Positions 7,197-13,730 of a DNA stretch of 13,730 nt are shown piece by piece. The DNA comes from Gemmatimonadota bacterium (GTDB taxonomy: Bacteria; Gemmatimonadota; Gemmatimonadetes; Gemmatimonadales; GWC2-71-9), in the NCBI GenBank assembly GCA_039586365.1, contig JBDHKN010000117.1, forward strand, positions 1 to 13,730, in the 5' to 3' direction. A program made the translations under genes and the position numbers. How positions within the stretch are numbered: position 1 is the stretch's first letter; each line of letters starts with the position of its first letter. Under the pieces are notes generated by a model, which was not told the origin of the DNA, did not search any database, and was given only the letters and a program-made list of their open reading frames with translations.

Positions 7197-8865
7197 CAGG
7201 AAGGTTCTTGTAGTCGGTTTGGATGGAGGCACGCTCGATTTGATCGAACCCTGGGCCGTGGACGGGGTGCTCGCCGGCTTCAAGCGGTTGCTGGGCGAAG
7301 GGGCGCGGGCGCCATTGCGTACCACGATCCCCCCCATCACCGGACCTGCCTGGACTGCCTTTGCGACCGGCAAGAATCCCGGCAAACATGGTCTGTTCGA
7401 CTTCCTTGGACGCCGGCCCGGCAGTTACAAACTCTTCTCATTCAACGCTACCCACCGCCATGGCGCATCGCTCTGGGGGCTTATAGGCCAGTCCGGGAAG
7501 AAGGTGGGCGTGCTGAACGTACCCTTGACCTACCCTCCCGAGCCCGTTAACGGGTTTCTCATCACCGGGATGCTGACACCCCCTGACGCCGAGGACTACT
7601 GCTATCCGGCGATAATCGGCCACCGACTCCGCCAAGCGGTGCCTGGCTACTTCGTCCAACCAGCGGGCAATTACGACGCCTACGGCCGCGAGATGGAGTT
7701 GATTCGCGTCGTGCGGGAGATGACCGAGATGCGGATAGAAGCTGCCCGTTATTTGATGCAAAACACAGATTGGGACTTGTTCATGGTCGTCTTCATGGCT
7801 ACCGATATCCTCCAACATGCCTTCTGGCATTTCATGGATCCCATGCACACCAAACATGACGACATGGCGTTGCCGGCTCTGCGGGACGCCATCCAAGACT
7901 GTTACGGGCAAATAGACGGGTACTTGAAGGAGCTATTCAGCACACTGGACGACGATACCTACGTGATGATTATGTCGGACCATGGGTTCGGCCCGCTAGA
8001 GAAGTATTTCCACGTGAATACCTGGCTGTGGCGACGGGGTTTCCTTCGCTTCAATAGCACACCATTCACCTCGACCAAGCGCGCTCTCTTCCAGATGGGG
8101 GTCACACAGCTTAACGTATATCGCCTCTTGCGTAGACTGCGCCAGGCTCGCAACGTCGCCCAAACGGTGCGGCGACGCAAGGAGGATGTGCGGAACTTGC
8201 TTGACCAATGGTTCTTATCCTTTGAAGACGTGAATTGGAGCCAAACGCGTGCCTATTCGATAGGTAACGTAGGCCCGATATATGTCAACCTGCGGGGACG
8301 TGAACCGGAGGGTATCGTTGAACCAGGACAGGCGTACGAGGACGTTCTGGAGGAACTGACGCAGGACCTGTACCAACTGCGGGACCCTGCGACTAACCTG
8401 CAGATGATCGAGAAAGTCTATCGACGCGAAGAGATCTACACAGGCCCACGTCTGCACGAGGCCCCAGACTTGTTCTGTATACCGCGCGACCTGCGCTATA
8501 GCGCCTTCGGCTTGCTTCAGTTTCCGTCCAATAGGTGGCTAGAGCCGACCTTTGATCGTACGGGAGGGCATCGGATGGACGGCGTCTTGATATTGAGGGG
8601 ACCGGGCGTTCGTCCTGGCTATCGACTCGACTCGGCCAACATTGTCGATCTGGCCCCGACGATCCTGGCCTTGATGGGGGTGCCCATCCCCTCAGACATG
8701 GATGGCCAGGTACTGGAGAACCTGCTCACGGATGATTTCAGAGCGAGTCTGAAGATCGTTACTAGCCCGGAGACGGTCACGGAGTACTACAAGCCCACGG
8801 AACTCTCGGCTGAGGATGAAGAAGCGGTGCTTCAACGACTCAGGGGACTGGGATACCTCGGTTAG
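7186..8865 (+). CDS. Alkaline phosphatase superfamily protein (type I phosphodiesterase/nucleotide pyrophosphatase-like, COG3379 type), paralog 1
   Basis: Likely start is ATG 7186 (MNNSRKVLVVGLDG) after GAAGGTGA. Motifs GLDG, PPITGPAWTAFATGKNPGKHG (Thr nucleophile position), TDILQH, MSDHG, TGGH and C-terminal RLRGLGYL. Confidence 0.9.
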   Translation: MNNSRKVLVVGLDGGTLDLIEPWAVDGVLAGFKRLLGEGARAPLRTTIPPITGPAWTAFATGKNPGKHGLFDFLGRRPGSYKLFSFNATHRHGASLWGLIGQSGKKVGVLNVPLTYPPEPVNGFLITGMLTPPDAEDYCYPAIIGHRLRQAVPGYFVQPAGNYDAYGREMELIRVVREMTEMRIEAARYLMQNTDWDLFMVVFMATDILQHAFWHFMDPMHTKHDDMALPALRDAIQDCYGQIDGYLKELFSTLDDDTYVMIMSDHGFGPLEKYFHVNTWLWRRGFLRFNSTPFTSTKRALFQMGVTQLNVYRLLRRLRQARNVAQTVRRRKEDVRNLLDQWFLSFEDVNWSQTRAYSIGNVGPIYVNLRGREPEGIVEPGQAYEDVLEELTQDLYQLRDPATNLQMIEKVYRREEIYTGPRLHEAPDLFCIPRDLRYSAFGLLQFPSNRWLEPTFDRTGGHRMDGVLILRGPGVRPGYRLDSANIVDLAPTILALMGVPIPSDMDGQVLENLLTDDFRASLKIVTSPETVTEYYKPTELSAEDEEAVLQRLRGLGYLG

Positions 8866-8905
8866 AATACCGTATGCGGCGAACAGGTACGGAGGTTGGG
8901 GGAAG

Positions 8906-10600
8906 TTGACAGAGTCTAAACAGCAGAATCGCAAGGTGTTGGTTATCGGTCTGGACGGCGCGACCCTGGACCTGATCAAACCGTGGGCGGCGGAGGGCAA
9001 GCTGCCGACATTGAATCGGTTGATGGAGGAGGGGGCTTGGGGGGAACTAGCCGTCCAGTTGCCGCCCAGTTCGGTGCCCAACTGGCCGTCATTCGCGACG
9101 GGGAAGAACCCCGGCAAACATGGCGTTCTGTGGTGGATTCAGCCGGGAGGTGATGCTACCGAACTGCCCCTGGTAGACCGCCGATCGATCAGGGGCAGAA
9201 CCATATGGGACATGGTCGGCGATGAGGGCAAGAGGGTTGCGGTTATCAATGTTCCGGTAACCTATCCTCCTCAGAAAGTAAACGGTGTAATGGTTACGGG
9301 GTTGCTCACCCCCGCGTCGGCGAACGATTGCACCTATCCGTCTGACCTAAAGGCCGAGCTGGACGCCGAAGTTGACGGCTATCGTATCGCCCACGGTGCA
9401 GTTCACCATCGCGGTGGAGAGGAAGAGTTCCTGCAAGACGTGCTAGATGTGCTCGATCGCCGGCTTCGGGCAAGCCTGTATTTGATGAGAACTCATCCGT
9501 GGGACCTATTCATTGTCGTCTTCAGCGCCACAGATGTGGTTATCCATAAGTTCTGGAAGGATATGGACCCAGAGCACCCGTCACACCTTCCTGAGGACGC
9601 GGAGCGCTGTGGGGACGCCATTCTACGGACTTACCAGGCAGCAGATAGGGCGGTTGAATCCCTCTTGGAGCAGGTGGATGACGAGACCCACACGGTTGTC
9701 ATGTCAGATCATGGCGCGGGCGGGTTCTACGAGGCCTTCTTTGCCAACAACTGGCTGATGGACCAGGGTCTGCTGAAGATCAGCCACCGACCCATCTCAC
9801 AACTCCGATACTGGCTATTCCGCATCGGCGTGACCATCAACAACGTCTATCCCCTCGCAAATGCGCTCATGGTCAGACTGGGGGGACGGAAACTGCGGAG
9901 GCGACTCGGCCCAAGGAACCAAGGCGCCAGCATTGTGTCCAGGCTGTTCTTGTCGGAGCGAGACATCGACTGGTCGAGAACGAAGGCCTACGCCTCAGGC
10001 GGGTATGGGCAGATCCGCATCAACCTGCGGGGGCAGGATCTCCGAGGCATCGTTTCACCTGGCGATGAATATGAAGGACTTCGGGATGACATCATCCAGC
10101 GGCTTGAGACTGTCGCAGTGCCTTCGACCGGCAGGCCATACCTAGCCAGGGCATACAGGAAGGAGGAGTTGTTCAGCGGGCCAGAATTGGCTAAGCTACC
10201 AGATATCATTTGCCTACCGCACGATGGCCGCTACGTTGACATGGGATTGGGGTTTGTGTCCAACAAGTGGTTCGACAACGTGGCAATCGTCTCAGGCACA
10301 CATCGTCGGACAGGAGTCGTCTTCCTACGCGGCCCGGACATACAGACTGGGGTACAACTGAAGAGGGCCAGCATCCTGGACCTGGCACCGACTATCCTGT
10401 ATCATCTTGGCCTCCCTGTACCTGATGACATGGATGGTCAGGTGCTAGTTCAGGCTTTCCGGGATGAATGTCTGCGCGCCCGGCCTATCGAGTCGGTCGC
10501 AGCGGAGAGCATCATTACTGGGGAGGCTGACAGAGATCTCTCGGAACACGAAGAAGAGGAAATCAAAGACCGCTTGCGAGCTCTCGGATACCTGTCCTGA
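8906..10600 (+). CDS. Alkaline phosphatase superfamily protein (type I phosphodiesterase/nucleotide pyrophosphatase-like, COG3379 type), paralog 2
   Basis: Likely start is TTG 8906 after SD GGAGG at 8891-8895. Motifs KVLVIGLDG, PPSSVPNWPSFATGKNPGKHG, TDVVIH, MSDHG, SGTH and C-terminal RLRALGYL. Confidence 0.9.
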   Translation: MTESKQQNRKVLVIGLDGATLDLIKPWAAEGKLPTLNRLMEEGAWGELAVQLPPSSVPNWPSFATGKNPGKHGVLWWIQPGGDATELPLVDRRSIRGRTIWDMVGDEGKRVAVINVPVTYPPQKVNGVMVTGLLTPASANDCTYPSDLKAELDAEVDGYRIAHGAVHHRGGEEEFLQDVLDVLDRRLRASLYLMRTHPWDLFIVVFSATDVVIHKFWKDMDPEHPSHLPEDAERCGDAILRTYQAADRAVESLLEQVDDETHTVVMSDHGAGGFYEAFFANNWLMDQGLLKISHRPISQLRYWLFRIGVTINNVYPLANALMVRLGGRKLRRRLGPRNQGASIVSRLFLSERDIDWSRTKAYASGGYGQIRINLRGQDLRGIVSPGDEYEGLRDDIIQRLETVAVPSTGRPYLARAYRKEELFSGPELAKLPDIICLPHDGRYVDMGLGFVSNKWFDNVAIVSGTHRRTGVVFLRGPDIQTGVQLKRASILDLAPTILYHLGLPVPDDMDGQVLVQAFRDECLRARPIESVAAESIITGEADRDLSEHEEEEIKDRLRALGYLS

Positions 10601-10706
10601 CAAGGGGACGACTTCCGTACAGCGTGCCCGGTCGCCGGGTGGCTGGGCATGGTTCCAGACTGGCTTCTTTGGCTCAATTGGAAGCAGGGCTGAATCACTA
10701 CTCACC

Positions 10707-11114
10707 GGGCTGCTACAGAGTCGCCTCGTAGGGAGGGGTCGTCCTGTGAAGCCTCTCGCAGGCAAAGTTGCCAGGCTACGGCCGCGTGAGACCACGATCG
10801 AAATCATCGGGCTGCTACAGAGTCGCCTTGTAGGGAGAGGTCGTCCTGTGAAGTCTCTCGCAGGCAAAGTTGCCGGGCTACGGTTGCGGGAGACCACGAC
10901 CCAAATCATCGGGTTGCTACAAAGTCGCCTTGTAGGGAGAGGTCGTCCTGTGAAGTCTCTCGCAGGCAAAGTTGCCGGGCTACGGTTGCGGGAGACCACG
11001 ATCCAGATCATCGGGCTGCTACAAAGTCGCCTTGTAGGGAGAGGTCGTCCTGTGAGGTCTCTCGCAGGCAAAGTTGCCAGGCTGGGGACACGGAAGACCA
11101 CACTGCAAATCATT
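10707..11114 (+). repeat. Tandem direct repeat, 4 x 102 bp, plus a degenerate partial fifth unit to about 11138
   Basis: Units start at 10707, 10809, 10911 and 11013 (GGG[C/T]TGCTACA[G/A]AGTCGCCT[C/T]GTAGGGAG...) with an exact 102-bp period and no spacers. Each encodes about GLLQSRLVGRGRPVKSLAGKVAGLRLRETTxQII. Confidence 0.97.
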
Positions 11115-13730
11115 GGGCTGTTCACAATCGCCTGTGTACTTCTCATCGGCAGCCCCTTAGTAGCCAACGTCTCTCCTTTGCTGGCGGTAGCTCTGAGTTG
11201 GCTGTGGTTGATGCTACCAGGCTTTGTGCTATCCTCAGTCTTGCTCAAGCGTCTGTCCTGGTTGGAGCGGATTCCGGTGTCCTTCGTGCTGGGAATCGGA
11301 CTGGCGACTCCATACACAATTGTTGCCATCTTGCTGCACATGCAGCTTAATCATTTCCTGGCGCTCTCCATCGGCCTCTTCGTCCTGACAGTCCTAATCT
11401 TCTTGATCGACAGCCGGCGCGCTCCACGGGGGACGTCTCACGCGCTGGACGATACACCCGAGATCGGGCCTGGGCAGTTCGAGATCGCAGCGGTCCCCTT
11501 TCTGTGTTTCCTCATCTTGGCGGCTGGCCTTCTGGCAGTGTTCTCATCGCAGTGGCCCTCTGCGGGTGACGACATGGCAGGGCTGGCTCACTTCCAGGAG
11601 GTGCTTCGGCTGGGACGGATCACCGGCGAGGAGCCCTTTCACGGCACTGGGACGCCCGTAACGCCTCGAAACGAACTGCTGGTGGGTGGATACCAGAGTA
11701 TTCTCCTCTGCAAGGTTGCCGACGTGCCGGCGAGCTTGTTCTTGGTGAAAAGCCGACCCATTCTCATCGTGCTTGCCTTCCTCGCTCTATACACCTTCAT
11801 ACACCAGAGCTTCAAGAACCGGAACCAGGCCTTGTTCCTGCTGAATCTGTGGTGCGTTTACGTGCTGGCCAGCATGAGGGTCGAAGGGACAGGCAGCGAC
11901 TTGGTCACCCGGATTTTTCAAGACAAGTTCTACGGCTGGTTCATCGTAGTTCCCATCGCGTTGGTGTTCATGCAATGGTTCTTGGAGAGTCGACAACGGC
12001 GCTATCTGGTGGGTTGGGGTCTGGCGTCTTTTGGAGCTGCACTGTTACATCCCATCTCCCTCATTCAGGTGATGATCCTGGGCGGCAGTTATGGGCTGCT
12101 GTACCTGGCTCTGGAGCGCTCCAAGCGCGCCTTGTTCGGCCTCGTGATCTTAGCCCTGATCCTGGCCCTATGCCTGGCTATCCCTGTCATGCAGTACTTC
12201 CGGTATGTTGAACGAATGCCGATTGAACTGGCTGGCCTGGGAGACGCGGTCGAACTCGGTCGGCTCAGCCAAGCTGTCAACAGGTACAGGCTCTGGCTGC
12301 TGGACGGGGGCCGGTACATCCTGCATCCGTCCATCATTCTACGGCCCATCATCTTGCTCGGGTATCTCATGTTGCCCTTGCTCATGCTGCGCGTGCGCAA
12401 GAGTAGTGCTGCTGGCTTGATCGTCGGTTCGATGTTGGTCCTACCTCTGCTTCTCTTCATGCCTCCTCTGTTTGCGATCGTCAGCAAGTTCGCCACGCCC
12501 TTCCTCATGTGGCGTCTTGCTTGGCCGTTGCCGACGTTCTCGATTCTGGTCATAGGCTGGGCAGCCTGGCTGGCGGTGAGGAGACTGGCCAGTCTGACAG
12601 AAAAGCGCCGGGTTGGCGCCTCCGCCGCCCTCCAGCGCGTTGGGCCATTGGCCGTCGTAGTCCTGGCCCTCCTGATAGCCTGGCCCAACATCGCCGCTGG
12701 GCTGGTCAACTTCAGCGAACGACTATCATCGGAGAAGCTCTCTACATGCTCAAGAGCCCGGGACATCCTTCTCCACCTAGATCAACTGGCCTACGAGCAG
12801 CCGCTTGGCGTTCTTTCTTCTTCGTCGGTGAATTCCTGCATACCCGGCTACGCTGCATTGGCCAACGTTGTGGAATTCCGAGGTTACGGCACCGTGAACC
12901 GGCTACCCGTCGAGCAGATCCCTGAGTCGTTTCAGCGACTCGATGACGTCTCCCACTTCAACTCAACGAGCATGGTTGACGATCTCGTCGTGGCCGCCAT
13001 TGCACGGTATGACATTGACTACCTCGTCGTTGACAAGGACTGGATTCATCTGGATCTCCAGCTAGAGCATCTGCCAAACATGTTCGCCAAGGTGTACACC
13101 GATGCCAACTACACGCTCTATGCGGCCACTAGGCCCATTACTCACTCTGCAATCGTAGACGGCAATGCCGCGATCAGGCAGCGGCGTTGGAATGAGGCGC
13201 TGGATATTTTCAGCCAAGTGCTGCAAGAGGACCCCACCCACGTTCTGGCTCATGTGGGGAAAGCTATGGCGCACGAAGGGAAAGGAGAAGCTGAGCAGGT
13301 CCTGAGTTCCTACCTCGAGGCGAGTCGACACGCAGATGACGAGCCTGCCAGCCACGCCAGGTTGGGTGAGGCTTATATCCTCCTGCGAGACGCTGAGCGG
13401 GCCGTCACTGAATACCAACTCGCTGTGGACCTGGATCCAGAACGACCCGCATTCCGCGAATCCCTGGGGCTGGCCCTACTGCTCGCTGGCGACGAAGAGG
13501 CGGCGCAGGCAAGTTTCGAGAGCGCTGCTGCTCTCCGAGCCGCGGTAGGCACAGCGAACTACTACTCCGTTCTCGGTTCTATGATGGAGTCCGCCAACTG
13601 GCACTCCCAGGCCGTCGAGAGTTATCGAAGAGCCATCGCCATTGAGCCCGAACCATTGCGGTATGTGAAGCTGGCCCACGCCTTGGCGAAATCGGGTGAT
13701 ATGGACGGCGCGATACAGCTCGATGAGGAA
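10746..13730 (+). CDS. Large polytopic membrane protein, GT-C-like (DUF6077-like), with C-terminal TPR repeats; 3'-truncated by the window edge
   Basis: Manual translation of the frame with codons at positions divisible by 3 shows no stop from 10746 to 13730. It has more than 10 hydrophobic segments, GDD in an early loop (11565-11573), RIFQDKF (from 11910), WRLAWPLP (12510-12533) and a soluble ARYDIDYLVV...KVYTDANYTLY domain. TPR-like helices begin near 13150 (e.g. LGEAYILLRDAERAVTEYQLAVDLDP, QAVESYRRAIAIEP). The start could be any of GTG 10746, 10848, 10950 or 11052. Confidence 0.85.
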   Translation, partial: MKPLAGKVARLRPRETTIEIIGLLQSRLVGRGRPVKSLAGKVAGLRLRETTTQIIGLLQSRLVGRGRPVKSLAGKVAGLRLRETTIQIIGLLQSRLVGRGRPVRSLAGKVARLGTRKTTLQIIGLFTIACVLLIGSPLVANVSPLLAVALSWLWLMLPGFVLSSVLLKRLSWLERIPVSFVLGIGLATPYTIVAILLHMQLNHFLALSIGLFVLTVLIFLIDSRRAPRGTSHALDDTPEIGPGQFEIAAVPFLCFLILAAGLLAVFSSQWPSAGDDMAGLAHFQEVLRLGRITGEEPFHGTGTPVTPRNELLVGGYQSILLCKVADVPASLFLVKSRPILIVLAFLALYTFIHQSFKNRNQALFLLNLWCVYVLASMRVEGTGSDLVTRIFQDKFYGWFIVVPIALVFMQWFLESRQRRYLVGWGLASFGAALLHPISLIQVMILGGSYGLLYLALERSKRALFGLVILALILALCLAIPVMQYFRYVERMPIELAGLGDAVELGRLSQAVNRYRLWLLDGGRYILHPSIILRPIILLGYLMLPLLMLRVRKSSAAGLIVGSMLVLPLLLFMPPLFAIVSKFATPFLMWRLAWPLPTFSILVIGWAAWLAVRRLASLTEKRRVGASAALQRVGPLAVVVLALLIAWPNIAAGLVNFSERLSSEKLSTCSRARDILLHLDQLAYEQPLGVLSSSSVNSCIPGYAALANVVEFRGYGTVNRLPVEQIPESFQRLDDVSHFNSTSMVDDLVVAAIARYDIDYLVVDKDWIHLDLQLEHLPNMFAKVYTDANYTLYAATRPITHSAIVDGNAAIRQRRWNEALDIFSQVLQEDPTHVLAHVGKAMAHEGKGEAEQVLSSYLEASRHADDEPASHARLGEAYILLRDAERAVTEYQLAVDLDPERPAFRESLGLALLLAGDEEAAQASFESAAALRAAVGTANYYSVLGSMMESANWHSQAVESYRRAIAIEPEPLRYVKLAHALAKSGDMDGAIQLDEE

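Noticed and set aside
8816..8905. ORF-track start at 8816 for AlkP paralog 2
   Set aside because: It overlaps the previous gene's 3' end. TTG 8906 has GGAGG 10 nt upstream and matches the N-terminal position of paralog 1.
7186..10600. Calling the two AlkP proteins formylglycine-dependent sulfatases
   Set aside because: No [CS]xPxR signature is present. The motifs match the NPP/phosphodiesterase-like branch.
10707..11114. 102-bp array as a CRISPR array or DGR template/variable repeat
   Set aside because: Units are contiguous and near-identical along their whole length with no unique spacers. Differences are not adenine-specific, and no cas or reverse transcriptase gene is in the window.
10707..11114. 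34-aa repeat as TPR motifs (same length as a TPR)
   Set aside because: It lacks the TPR consensus pattern and contains a central GRGRP. The real TPR-like repeats are after about 13150.
10445..11341. 298-aa minus-strand ORF with repeats
   Set aside because: It is antisense to the AlkP paralog and to the long membrane-protein ORF. Its length is explained by a stop-free unit repeated four times, and the + frame has SD/GTG signals and continues into a coherent protein.
162..13679. Numerous short alternative-frame and antisense ORFs in the track (e.g. 4894-5691, 5729-6403, 12089-12766, 11849-12211)
   Set aside because: They overlap well-supported + strand genes, show no recognisable motifs, and are expected shadows in GC-rich coding DNA.

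Overview
The window is a GC-rich bacterial stretch with nine co-oriented (+ strand) genes that look like a cell-surface glycan biosynthesis and modification locus. The C-terminal YLPLVxK tail on one protein suggests a Chloroflexota/Anaerolineae-like host (inference). In order, the genes encode: a 5'-truncated MFS transporter; a DegT-family aminotransferase; a hexapeptide acyltransferase; a lower-GC PP-loop N-acetyl-sugar amidotransferase whose C-terminus looks truncated; a secreted 7-bladed FG-GAP (integrin-alpha-like) protein; a Pro/Thr-linker lipoprotein; two tandem AlkP/NPP-superfamily paralogs; and a large GT-C-like membrane protein with C-terminal TPRs. The last gene is absent from the supplied ORF track because it runs off the window. 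The most unusual feature is a 4 x 102-bp tandem repeat (10707-11114) spanning the translation start of that last gene. Each unit carries an SD-like sequence and an in-frame GTG, so there are four nested candidate starts and a repeated, strongly basic 34-aa N-terminal peptide. No rRNA, tRNA, CRISPR array or transposase was recognised.
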